Of a stretch of DNA of 64,000 bases, positions 22,863 to 35,489 are shown piece after piece. Position 1 is the first letter of the stretch; the number at the start of each line of letters is the position of its first letter. The notes beneath the pieces were generated by a model that saw nothing but the letters and a program-made list of their open reading frames with translations, was not told the origin of the DNA and did not search any database. Source of the DNA: Takakia lepidozioides (taxonomy: Eukaryota; Plantae; Bryophyta); assembly GCA_030704615.1 (NCBI GenBank), contig CM060732.1:58590001-58654000 (forward strand). The letters run 5' to 3'. Made by a program: the position numbers and the translations under genes.

Positions 22863-23850
22863 ATGACACGAATACTTCTAGTGGTGCCCATTACCTGGCA
22901 ACCACCTGACTCAGGGATTTGTTTGCTAGACTTGTTTGGAGGCATGAGCACTGGGCTTGCAGGAGTGTTGCAAGCAGGGATTAAAGTACGCAAGTACTTG
23001 TATGTGGAGAAGGATGAGATAGCTCGGCGTATTTCTATGCGCCACATCGCTTTGCTCACACACCGGTATCCTGAGTTGTTGCCTCTCTCAGCAGTTCAAG
23101 GGTATCAAAAGGCCTTGCCAACAGACATTACCTTGCTGGGGGCGGATGATTTGGAGCGGCATGGTTCCATTGACTTGGTGATAGCCGGATGGCCTTGTCA
23201 AGGACACTCTCCCACAGGTCATGGGAATGGCTTGCATGATGCACGATCACATTTGTTTTTGCAGCCTCTAGGCTATATCTTAGAGAATGTTCCTCTTATG
23301 GGGAATTCTCGGGCCAGGGTTATGGCCAGTGTGCATCAGATGTGGTCTTGGATTGGTTCGACAGTGCTATTGGATGCAGCAGCGGTGGGATCATGCGCGC
23401 ATCGACCTCGATTGTGGTGGACCAATCTTGTACCACCAGAGCTCTCAAGAGAGCATATGATTCCATTCAACGGCCACCCAATCTCACGGTTGAGGGCATT
23501 TTGGACCAAGGGAGGCCACCACAGAGGGTGCGACATGATGACCGTCCACCTCTAGCAGTGGTCAATCGAGTGGGGCAGCTACGTGCGGCCTTGCCTACAC
23601 TCATGAGCTTCCCCTCGTCTCATTCTTTCCAAGACAATGGTCCTGGGTTGATTTGGGACAGTGTGATACAACAATTGGTGGAGCCCAATACGGATGAGCG
23701 AGAGCGGGCAATGGGTTTTACCACGGGCACTACAGATGTGCCAGCTCTGTCAGAGGTATCACGTCACCAAATGTTGGGTCAAGCAATGGATCTAAATTGT
23801 TTGACATGGATAATTGGCTTGTGCATGGCTGAGCAATGGAGATTGCAAGC
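22863..23850 (+). pseudogene. DNMT3-like C5 cytosine methyltransferase domain retaining motifs I, II, IV, VI, VIII, IX and X (copy 2), frameshifted
   Basis: LLDLFGGMSTG (I), YVEKD (II), DLVIAGWPCQG (IV), ILENV (VI), AHRPRLWWTNL (VIII), ERERAMGF (IX), LGQAMD (X). Confidence 0.9.
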
Positions 23851-24329
23851 ATTGATGGCTACTTCTGCACTCCCATTGAATAGTGCATCCTCCCTGCCAA
23901 CCGGGACGGTTGAGGCAGTGAGTGGGGGCGAGCACAGGATTGTGGGTTGCAAACACCCATGACAAATGTGGGATGAGATACGCAAAGAGAGAATCATTCG
24001 ATCTCTCAAGCAACAGTATGAGGAGTGGGGAGAGCCATGGACAGAGGATTAGTTGGAGGCCAAGGTGGCCAAGGTTTTTGAAGAGGTTGAGAATGTTTCT
24101 TGCTCAGAGGATGTTCTCAAGGTGGCTATGGCGGAGCAAGTGGAGGTTACGCCACAGTCAGATTGGGCGGACAAGGCCCAAGAGATTGCTATCTAGCAAC
24201 CAAAGGATGCGTCTTCTACCTCCAAGCCTGGTGTACCCAAGGTTGCAGTCACTGAGGACAATTGGGAACCAGATGTTGGACCTATAGTCACCGGAGGAGA
24301 GAGACGGAGGATCCAGCGATTTCTAAGGG

Positions 24330-27298
24330 CTTATAGAAATTGCTTTGCCTTCGGTTTGAATGATTTGGGGAGTTTGAAGGGTCAGGAGATTTGTATTAAT
24401 TTGGCAAGTGACACGCCAATCTTTCGAAGGCCCTACCGGTATAGTGACATGGAGAGGTCATTGATCCAGTCACGGACTATGGAGTTGTTCGAAGCTGGAT
24501 TGGTGGAGTTGTCGGGCGGGGAGTATGCCTCGGCAACGGTGATGCCAGCTAAGAAGGATATCTATGGTAATTGGACAGAAAGAAGGATGTGTGGGGACTA
24601 TCGTCCTGTGAACCGTCAGACTAAGTCCGATAGATATGTCATGCCAACTCTAGAAGAGATCTTTGATGCCATTGGGCATGCAAAGGTGTTTAACACATTG
24701 GATTTGCAATCCGGTTACCCAATCAAAGAGGCTGACAAACAAAAGACGACATTTTGGGGGATTGACCAACATGGGAAGGATTGTTTGTACCAATGGCGGT
24801 TCTTACCGTTTGGGTTGAAGAATGCTCCTACAGAGTTTCAGAGGGTCATGGACAGGATTCTCGCGGGGCTAGACTTCGTCTGGTGCTACATTGATGACAT
24901 CATCGTCTTTAGTGCTACGATTGAGGAGCATAACAGACACCTTCAGGTAGTGCTTGAGCGCTTGAGAGCGCACGGGTTGAAACTGCACCCCGGAAAGTGC
25001 AAGTTCTTCCACAATCAGATTGAGTATCTGGGCCACATGATATACCCTGGAGGATTGGGTGTTCAACAGACAAAGGTGGAGGCCATTGCATGCATTCCAC
25101 GTCCCATGGATGTGAGCAGAGTTTGCGCTTTCATGGGATTGGCAAACTACTATCGACGGTTTGTCAAGGGACTTAACAGCATTGCAAAGGTTCTTACCAA
25201 GTTGACCAAGGTGGGTCAGGAGTGGCAGTGGGAGGAGGAGCAGGAGGAAGCCTTTGAAGAACTCAAGGCTTGATTGACTTCTGCACCTATTCTGAGGCGG
25301 CCTTTCCAGCTACATACGGATTGGAGTATGCTGGGGATTGGAGTAGTGCTCACACAGGTGGATGATGAGGGAAGAGAGTTCGTAGTGGTATATGCTAGCC
25401 GCTCGATCAATGATGTCAAGGCGAAGTATAGTTCCTATGAAGGGGAGTGTCTAGCTACGGTATGGGCAGTGACACATTTCAGATGCTACCTCTATGACAA
25501 TCTCTTCACCCATATCACGGATCACCCACCATTGAAGTGGTTGATGGAGTCAGACAAGCTTACAGGGAAGCTTGCACGGTGGTTACTTATGCTTCAAGAG
25601 TATGACTTCTAGGTGGTGCATCGAGCTGGTATTGTCAATCGGGATGCAGATGGATTGAGTCGTAATCCATGCACGAGCGAGCATGATGATACTGGAGCTC
25701 GGTGGCATGGTGAGACAAATGAGGAGATGGTGCCAGGATGACATGCATCGGCCTTTTTGTGCATTCTAGCAATGGGAGCTCAAGCTGGTCCATCCCATAC
25801 GATTGGTCAAGTAGATAGCGTGCATGACGATCCAGAGACTAGTGAGGAGTTTGGTGGTGCTAAGGATGTGCATGAAGATGCAGCAGTGTTGGCATACCTT
25901 CGTACCGGAGAGACAACAACCAGTGTGACTGCTAAGGAGAGGGATCGGGTCCTACAACAAGCCAAGAGGTTCAAGTGGGAGGGGACTCACCTACTCCGGG
26001 TATATGAGGATGGACGAGTGAGGATTGTGCCTCATTCAACACAACGAGCGCGATTGGTACGCCATGCCTATGAGGAGTTGGGACATTTTGGGGTGTGGCG
26101 CACTCATAGTTTGCTGCAAGGGCAGTATTTGTGGCGGGGCATGCACACGGATGTGCAACAGTTAGTGGCAAGGTGCATAGTGTGTGATAGAGTGCGGGCT
26201 TCTTTCAACGCTCCTACTCCACAATTGCATCCTTTACCCATTATGGGTTTGGGCTATCGTTGGAGTCTTGACTTCGTAGGCCCATTGCCACTGATGATCC
26301 GCTGTAACAAGTATGTGCTGGTAATGGTGGAACACTTCTCCAAATGGATTGAACTGGTGGCATTGCCTGACAAGGCAAGTGAGGGGGCTACGTATGCATT
26401 CTTAGATCGAGTGCTTAGCCATTTTGGTGCTCCAGCCGAGGTACTCACGGACCAGGGGAGAAAATTATTGGGGGAGTTTCATGCTTTGTGTGAGCAAGGC
26501 TTGATAGATCACCACACTACTTCTCGGGATCATCCCAAGGCTGATGGCTTGGCCGAGAGAGTTGTTCAGACAATCAAGAGAGGTTTGCGCAAGTACGGTT
26601 TGTAGAAGGGACACCTAGGAGATTGGGACCTTCAGCTGCCTTGGCTAGCTATGGGCTATAGATTCAACAAACAAGCTTCACTTGCCTCCTTCTCACCTTA
26701 CTTTCTTCTCTTCGGCCGAGAGCCGGATTTGTCTGCATCTATTCGCAGGGAGGCTGTAGTAGTTCTCAACCTTGATGATCCGGATGAGTGGACACAAGCA
26801 TGTGCTCAGCGGGCAGAGTTGTTCAAGAGAGTCATGCCTATGGCTTTTGAGAACCTTGCTATTGCCCAACACCGAGACACATTGAGGTACGCCACTATAT
26901 GTGGAGGGGGATATCGGCCAAGTGTTCGGTGTTTCCACCTTGGGAACTATGTGTATTTGCAGCAAACAGTGCCTACGACCTTGGATGTCACAGTAGGACG
27001 TGTGATTCTAAGGATCAGGGAGATGTTGGCTTTAGGAGTATTGATTCTGGAGGGTCGAGATGGCATGGTATGGAAGGACCATGTACGCAATTGTGCGCCA
27101 TGTCACCTTGAGAGGACAGATCCCAACCTTGCAGTGGTACCTGCAGGGTTGCGTTGCATGTTATGTGGGCATGCTGGTGGCGCCGCAACCATGTTGGTGT
27201 GTGAGAAATGCTCAAGGGGGTGGCACATGGGATGCTTGACACCGCCACTTGAGGAGGTTCCTATCGGAGAATGGTTGTGTCCACGATGCCTTGGATAG
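24330..27298 (+). pseudogene. RT-RH-INT-PHD of copy 2, with several nonsense codons
   Basis: YIDD, LHTDWS, SLDF / TDQG / GLAER, and CMLC...CEKCSRGWHMGCLTPPLEEVPIGEWLCPRC. Confidence 0.93.
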
Positions 27299-27545
27299 AG
27301 GTAGTGGCATGACAATGGTGAGGCGGACAAGTGATCCAAGGTCTAGCTAGTGGGGCTTCAATGCCATGGATACTCGACTGAAGATCATGGATTGCATGAA
27401 GATGACTAATGATGGGGCTACATTTGCACCCGACCTTTTGATCTATCGACTTCAAGTGTTGGGACTTGTGCGATTGAAGACCAAACGATGATCTTCTTGG
27501 GGTGGATACTTGCAAGCTATCTGGTGTTAGAGGGACCTAATCACC

Positions 27546-28082
27546 AGCTAGGGGGGCGATTGTGGCGTGGCTTTCTAGGACTATATGCTAGGAAGTGTGG
27601 TTGGACAACGATGTATGTTGTGGCACGATGCTTAGGTGCACGACAGCTGTCATGGTTTTGTTTGTGATTAGTTAGAAATAATTATTTCTAAGTAATTAGG
27701 ACATTATACATTTATATTTATATTTTGTTGGCATTGGGACTTCATTTGGTTCCATGTGCCAAGTGAGGTGGCGAACCTCACTTGGAATGTGGAAATGTTA
27801 TCTCCACGTGAGACGTAGGCAGGCTCGTCTTCTTCTAGGCGAGCCTCCCGAGGCCTCTCTCGCCGCCATAACTCTAGTACTTGAGATGGAGAGTGGGTGA
27901 GGTCTGTATGGTGGAGTCCTTTAGCAAAGGTGCCATAGGCTTGACTTATATAACGTGATAGAGTGGTTTGTCCTCTTTTCACCATTTCCGTATCGATTGT
28001 GGCGTGGCTTTCTAGGACTATATGCTAGGAAGTGTGGTTGGACAACGATGTATGTTGTGGCACGATGCTTAGGTGCACGACA
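27546..28082 (+). repeat. 3' terminus of copy 2: PPT (27546-27560), A (27561-27645), gc, B (27648-27996), t, A (27998-28082)
   Basis: Two identical-looking 85-bp TGTGGCG...GCACGACA repeats. Junction reads GACAGCTGTC. Confidence 0.92.
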
Positions 28083-28632
28083 AAGAAATCAAGGTCGGCG
28101 TGGCCGAATGCATGATGGGTAAACAAGAATCAAGATGATCTTTGTAACAATGGACAAGAGTACAAGATACTAGAACTCGACTTGAATACTGGTATGTTAG
28201 AAATTGGACTAGAGTGCCAGATACTGGAAACTGGGCTAGAGTACTGGAAGTTGAATTGGGTACTGGGACTGGAAACAAAAGTAGCTTGAACTTGTATTGG
28301 CGAGACTGAGGAGCGTCCAGTCTCGCCTTCTATATATATTAGCTACTAGGAAGTTCCCTAAGAAGCTTCCCCCAATGGAGGTTTCTTGATGGAAAAGTTT
28401 CTTTAAACAAATGAAGTTTCTTGATGGAGAAGTTTCTTTAAACAAAAGAGGTATTTTGATGGAGAAGTTTCCTCCAAAGGAAGCTTTCTGAGCAGTTTCC
28501 CAAGTTACTCTCGGTAATTTGATAAACTCTCGGTAACTTGATAACTCATGATAAATCATGATAAATCACTGTAACTTTCGATAAACTCTGGAAATTAATC
28601 TCGATAAGTTCTTCTTGGCTGTGTCCGTGACA
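28083..28632. repeat. Partial LTR-like repeat, homologous to 50022-50540
   Basis: Shares aaggtcggcgtggccg...actgg repeats...gagcagtttcccaagttactct with the 50-kb copy. Ends in TGACA. Confidence 0.65.
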
Positions 28633-29556
28633 CCATCCTTGAAACGATCATGTCCCTTATTTTTAGGAATACCCCAACTACAAATGTGTGAGTTAGGTTT
28701 GTAATTTTGAAACATGTGTTCATTGTGAAAGCTCTTGATGTTTGTGTATTGAAAGATGAAAGTCTTCTACTATAGCCAACATAAGATATAAGAGCCACTG
28801 CACTCAAATCATCCTATCTAATAATTAATTTTGCATGATTCTTGTGTTGATAAGATTATTTTTCCTTGTCATGGAAAAAAATAAAAATTGTGAATAGTGA
28901 ATAAACGTTACAGAGAATATTAAAAAAAAGTGTATGCTTTGAGAAGCTAGTGTAAACTATGGGGTCTTGATCCCAAAAGCTACCACCCTCCGGTGGAAGG
29001 TGGACGCCTTTAGGACATCCAACATGTGGTTTGAACCCACAACCATTAGTGAAGCAGTGTATGCACTTACCACTAACTTCTAAGTGCTTGGGGCTAATTG
29101 TGGATTGTTAATCCCCTAGAATTTTATGTTTGTTGATAGTTTGATATCTTCCTCTTGTCTATTTGTATAATGAAAAACATGATGGAGCACATGAACATTC
29201 TATTTTCACATGCTTACACGCCTCCGTGTAGTCTTGAACAATGTCATAATGATGGTGCCTCTTCACACCGCCTTGGTATGCAAGCTATCAGGTTGGGGTG
29301 CTCAATTTACGGCTTAGGGGGACTAAAAATAATCTTAGTATTGCTATTAAATAACTAAAAATACTGGACAGTAGCCAGATGTGGTTGGTAGTGTAGTGCA
29401 AGCTTGAATGAGTGATCATCACGTGGCGCCTATGGCCTGGCACTGAAAATCATCATAGTGTTGGTTATTATTAAATAATTAAAAATACTTGACAGTAGCC
29501 CTATGCGGTTGGTAGTGACTAGTGAATAGTAAGCTTGAATGAGGTGTGGATAAAAC

Positions 29557-30233
29557 CATTGTTGGGCGGGTATGACAATTTGGGCATATTGAAGGGCATC
29601 TTTGTTTAAATCGGTATGGAGGCGGTTATATATAATGTAGGGGTTTGGAAATTGTGGCGGATAGAGGTTATCAATAGAAGTGTCTCACACCGGGTCCCAA
29701 TACAACGGTTATCAATATAACCTGATTTTCAGTTATGATACATTAAGATTTTAAGAGGACCAGAAAGAAAGAAAAAAAAAACAAAAGGAAACAAAAAAAA
29801 ATGAAGAATCACAATTAAGAGGACCAGAATTGGTTCAGAAAAAGGAAAAAAAGAAAAAAGAGAAGAGATATGAGTCCTACAACTCCATATCAAGGTTTTT
29901 CTTCCAAAAGCCTTTGACTAACAGTCCTCTTAAATGCGGACCCCATGTGGCTACATAATTATTGCCCATGAATGCAGCCAGGTTCTAATAAAATCTCAAG
30001 GTATTGTTCAAAAGTTACTACCCGACTGATTTTCAAGGTTCAAGTCCGGTTCCATGTAATAAGTCAAGTTGGCCCTTGCCGGTTCTAGCTTGGGCCGGGT
30101 AAGTGGCGAGATGGCCCTCGCCGGTTCTAACTCAAGCCGGGTCCACCAAAAATTTGGGTGGCGGGTCTCAATAGTATGATACCCTGATTATCGGCCGGGT
30201 ATATATGTCAACATATATACCCGCCCAACATTG
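29557..30233. mobile_element. Non-autonomous hAT-type element (MITE)
   Basis: 17-bp TIR CA(T/A)TGTTGGGCGGGTAT. 8-bp TSD GATAAAAC at 29549-29556 and 30234-30241. Confidence 0.9.
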
Positions 30234-33200
30234 GATAAAACCTTCAAAGAAACTAGTAATGCATTGACATGGTGAGTTGTCAAAGGTACTTACTTCTTTA
30301 CTTCTATTTATTTATTTAATTACTAAACTTATCATCCCTTCAGGGTGAAGTGATACTATACGTTGCATCTGCTTCGGCAAGAGTATTTTCTTTCTCCAAA
30401 CATATCTGAACATTTTTATTTGCTCTTCCCTTGACATGAGACCAAGCATCAATACTTTCCTCTTGAGAGAGGAGATTTGACCTACCATGGAGAGAGAGCA
30501 GATGGAGACTCATGCGGAAGCATGCATAACTTACAGTATTCCTCCAAATGCTACTGCCTTCCAACCACTGTAACCGGGTCAACGCAGTTGCCTAAACCTC
30601 TCCAAGGACTCAAAAGTCCACAGCTGCCCGCACATTAAGTGACCGTTTATAAACTAAATTAAGGTGCATGAGGGGTACATCAAGATGATTTGATACATCC
30701 TCATTTAACCCAATGATTGGAGGCGCTGAAACACGAACACCGATTCACCTTGAGATCTCAGTCAGCAGCGCATCAGGCCTAACAACTACAAGCCTATTAC
30801 AAAGTGTGACGAGCTAAGAACAATTCCTACGGTATCGCTGAGTCCAAAGCCTAAATAAGATAAACATGACACCTCCCCAAGAAAGTGTATATTATGGTGT
30901 CTCTTCATCTGGAGGTTGGGTAGCTTGGGAGCAGGCTCACGCTGCCACATACGCATATTCTGCATATTCCCCAAGAATCCGGCTCGAATATGCGATAACG
31001 AGACCAAATGTGCTCACGCGAAAAAAAATACGAAACTATCTGAAAAATGTGGTCACGTGCCAAAACTTTTGAAATTAATCGTCCAAAGGTTAATTCATGT
31101 GAGCACAAAGACCCACCAATATATCTGCCAGAATTCAAAGGTCAGCGCATGTAAACAATGTGTGTAGAACATCCCCAAAAATCACCCAAAAATTGGGTTT
31201 CGCCAGCGAAACACAAACGCATCTTGGTTTCTTGCCAACAAAATTTGGGTTTCGTCGTTTCGTCGGTGAAATTGGGGTTTGGTTATTTATATATCTATTT
31301 ATTTTTTAAAGGTTTCTCCCTGCAAGCTCCTTCTATATGTTTAAGATTATATTAAGACACCATGGAGACCCTATTAACGCAAGAAGACCCTATGTCCGTC
31401 TATCATATGTATTTCCGATCACCCCTATAACCGTGGATCCTGCTCACGCTGGTGTTTTTTTGGTGCTCACGCAATACATCCGGAGGGACTACTGCTGCTT
31501 TCCGTTGGAGGATGGACACTTTGAACCCTAGATCACCTAGGTTATGCACAGGCAATGCACAAACTCCCAACCAACTTGCTTTAGTGCCCTAAGCATGACA
31601 ATAGAGCGCCAGCAATCAAGTTAGGAGTCCATGATAAGCTGCAATCTTATGAGCATAGAACCAACAAAAGGGTAAAAATACCATTTCCATGTATGAAAAA
31701 TCACCTATGTTATATGGATTAGACATAAATTGTGCTCGTGAGATTATTTCATTCGTTTGTGACTTCGTGCCCAGTTTTCTGAACTTTGCGGATTTACTCA
31801 AACTCAGGATGAAATGAGAAACTCGGTTCCAAATTGGGTACCAAACTCAGGCTCACTTTACGAATAACTCTACTATCTTCCAGATTTTTCTAACCTACTC
31901 ATAATTACAATATAATTTCCAAGGCCGGCATGTTTATTTACATTATTCCAAAGCTTTTAAGAAAAAAATCCAAAGCTAGTATACAATGATGATAATTCCA
32001 CATTCATGGTAATAAGTCCAAATATTTGGATCTTCAGTAAGTGATCTGTTAAACTGGGTTGCTTCGCAAATCATCTACACTCAGGTTTTGGAAATGGTGA
32101 AAGAGCTGCCCAGAATCTTTCATGGGTCTTTCAATGGAAAACATGCGGAGAGAGGGAGAAGAAGGGTCGTGGCATGTAGGCATGGCTGGGTGGGCGGTCG
32201 TGCCAAGCTGGGCCGCAACGTGTGCGAGACGAACGTTAATGTAGACTTTTTGATCTTCCATGCACAATGACTTGACTTCTGGAGGCTGTAGCACAATTAT
32301 GGTTGTTGAGATACTCATTCAGTTCCTACAGCAACTCCACAACACGCTTAAGATTGTGTCACTGAAATTGGCCGGGAGATTGAAATGAGCAGTACCTACA
32401 TGTGCGATTGCACTCTGGAACATGTGTAGCGTAATTTAGAGTAACCAAAAAGCACACTAAGAGGAATTTTAACTGCGGTACTGAGGCCGTTTCTGGGAAC
32501 AATAAAATAAACTAGTCTTCACGTGGGAGCCTACGCAGGATAGACCCGCAGCCAGAGAGTGCTGATAAAGAGGGCCTCTCAGTGTTGGCAAGACAGATTG
32601 GCAGAGGGCTGGCTGAACGATGAGAGAGATAGGGAATGGGAAGAAGGAGAGAGACCCTGATGTCGAGAAGAGGCAAGCATGAAGGGGTGAGGTCCTGTAG
32701 AAAGCATGTATTGAAGCTGGTATGGGCCGAGAAGACATATACCGTAGTTAAAGAAGATGCTCAAGTAATAGAGGATATCATGTTTGATGCAACTTTGTGC
32801 AAATACGATCTGCTCTAGTTGATGCAGAGTCTATCCCACTACACTACCAAATTTGTTGCTAGCTCAGTTACGAATTTTTGAAAGTGAGAGTTTAATGCTG
32901 TAACAAGGGAAAATTAGAAAGCTGGTAGGTCTAGTAGCAAAAGATACGATGGTGGAGAGACACAGCGGAGCCGAGGGATGGTGAGCTGCAAGACAAGGCA
33001 GATGTAAAGATGGTGCGCAATGGGAAGAATTATTGAACTAGGTACTGTTATGAAGAAATGGCTATTACAGATGCAAATTTCGTGCACTCTCAAGTGCTCA
33101 CTGTTTATCATCTGTGAATGGTATTTTGTCAATGCTAACATTATAGTGTAGAATTATGATAACTGCGCCAGAAGGCCAATGGTGAGCGGTATACAAACTG

Positions 33201-35465
33201 ATGAGTCGAGAGTTATGGATTTTCAAAGATAAGGGTTCAGGACTGTAATTCTGCTTTTCATGTACTTTCAAGTACCTACAGTTTATTACTGACTGATGAT
33301 TTCTTGTGACGACTGACATTCGCTGTGACAGCAGTTTACATAACAGATTTCTAAGTCTATTAACAAGAGAGATCATACCATGGGGGAGACATAGAAGCTA
33401 GATTACTGTCACGATTGTCTAACCAGTAGGGCTTTATGATCCAGTGTGACCAGAAGGGATACCAGAGATGACAAAGTGCTGAAGTCCCACTCTAAGGCAT
33501 ACCGATGGTCGTCTTCAAGGCACCTGAGTGAAATATATTAAGAATCCAGTTCTCTAGCAAAGAAGAACAAATGCAATGTTATCTTCTCTTCCGCCGCGGC
33601 AACGTAGCATTTTAAGAACTAACCATGAACTGACTGTGGTCTATGTGAACACGTTTCATAGCCACCTTTTTTGCACTACACATGGGCTACTCCGGTAAGG
33701 AAAGCTGTGTTTTGACCAAAGATGGAGTTGATCATCTTATCCGGATACAATACTTGTGCATTTGAAACCTCTAACAAGGCGCTAAGCCTCATTCTTAACC
33801 CTAACCAACAGAACTCCCAAATTTGTTGTGGCAAATTCCAACGGAGCAGTGCCGAACAAACACCCATCTGCGGACATGCACAATCAAGCACCTGTTCTTA
33901 CAGACGGCCACTAAATGCAGCAACAGCAGCACCGGATATCCCCAAACCAGAATTCTCTTGCACCACAGTCAGACCGTCATAACCTATCTCTATGACAAAA
34001 ACAAACATCCCACACAACACCACCTGGGTATGCCTTTGAATTCTGGCGTCCATTGCTCCGCCCACTGATGGCATGTTAGGTCTGTTTCCAAGCTCTATGA
34101 CATTAAACGTAGAGTGGATAACCGGCTCGAAAAATGTTACAGTGCTCACAACTCGTCACCTTAATCTTGAGTGGCTCGGTGGCATTGCGGTAATGGGTTG
34201 CACTCACGTTATTGCACGATCAAACCAGGTTGAGCAATGATGACAATGCTCTTTGTGCTGTCTCAAGAAAAGCCTGTTGATTAGGGTTATATTGTTCGCT
34301 TATGGATGTTCTACTTTTAATGGGATTGTCGGGTATTGTCGAGTATACTCAAAGTAGTCAGAGCATGATGGAGATTGAAGCCTCTGCGTCCGAGGAATAG
34401 TCTAGATTCCATGTCCCTCCAAATCCGGCTAACGATTGAAGTGTCCGCATTGGACATCAGTGCATCGAGGCTCAAGCCTCGAGGAAGAGTCTAAATTTCA
34501 CATACCCATCAAAATCGGCCAAATCATTGAAGTGCTTAACAGTATTTGTGCGCTGCATCCGAATTACTAAAACATCTTTCAAAATCTCATGTTGACAGCC
34601 TGTGAAGTTTGTTCTGGCTTATCTGACAACAAGTCCCGCAACGATTGGCCAGATATGTCCACAGGTCTGAACAAAAGAATCATTTTCCAAAGTTTTCCAA
34701 AGCCCATTTGATGCGCATCACACTAAGTTGACTAGGCGTAATTGATCAGTCGAAGGTTATCAAGGGATCAAGGCTAAATTGTTTGAAACTGTACTCTGGT
34801 TATGTTACGAGGCAAGATGTGGTCCAAAAATCGTCTTCACCCATGTTCTCCCATCCAACGGGAGAACCTGCGAGAGAAGTGGACTCCGTCTCTGCGGGAT
34901 TATTCTAACTGCGGTGTGCTTGTTTCTAAACGCAATCTTCGTCCCTTTTCGATGCCACCTTACTCTTGACTGTGTTTCTTGTTCTCTGCGGCCAACAGAA
35001 CACATCCCAGTGTAACCTTTACTAGTGCCTCCACCACAAATTCCAACCAACAACCACCACAAATTCCAATCTATGTTGAATCGCACTCACCCTTTTCAAC
35101 CAGAAATACCAGCCACCTCAGGGGTATGAATTCTAAAGATGTGGTGCGTCGTTCCCTCCCGAAAGATAATTGGGATACAGAATCACCTTCCTCTATGATC
35201 CCAAAGACAGTCCCCGGTTTGCAAATCTAGGGGAAATTCACCTCGTGATTGAGGAAGACAGTCCTGAACCATATATTCATCTCAACCTTGCTCATCCGTG
35301 ATCCATGAACAATCCTGAATGTGGAATAATACAGACAGAGTATTTGAAGTTTGATTTGGAGTTGTGAATTGTGAATAATCGTATTTTTTCTGTTCAAGCT
35401 GAAATGCGTTGCCTTCTCCCTGGACGTTCCCATTCCCTGCCGCCCCCCCAAATGCACTCCACGGT

Positions 35466-35489
35466 CCCCCCCCCCCCCCCCCCCCCCCC
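35466..35489. repeat. Poly(C) tract of about 24 nt
   Basis: Direct homopolymer run. Confidence 0.9.

Larger units (their letters stand above)
22836..28082 (+). mobile_element. 5'-truncated DNMT/PHD-carrying Ty3/Gypsy retrotransposon (copy 2)
   Basis: DNMT (about 22860-23830), RT (about 24330-25270), RH, INT and PHD (to 27298), all colinear with copy 1, plus the same A-B-A 3' end. Confidence 0.92.

Noticed and set aside
22863-23962. Host DNMT3/DRM gene or bacterial restriction-modification methylase
   Set aside because: Intronless, directly upstream of RT in two TE copies, with no cognate nuclease or host-type accessory domains.
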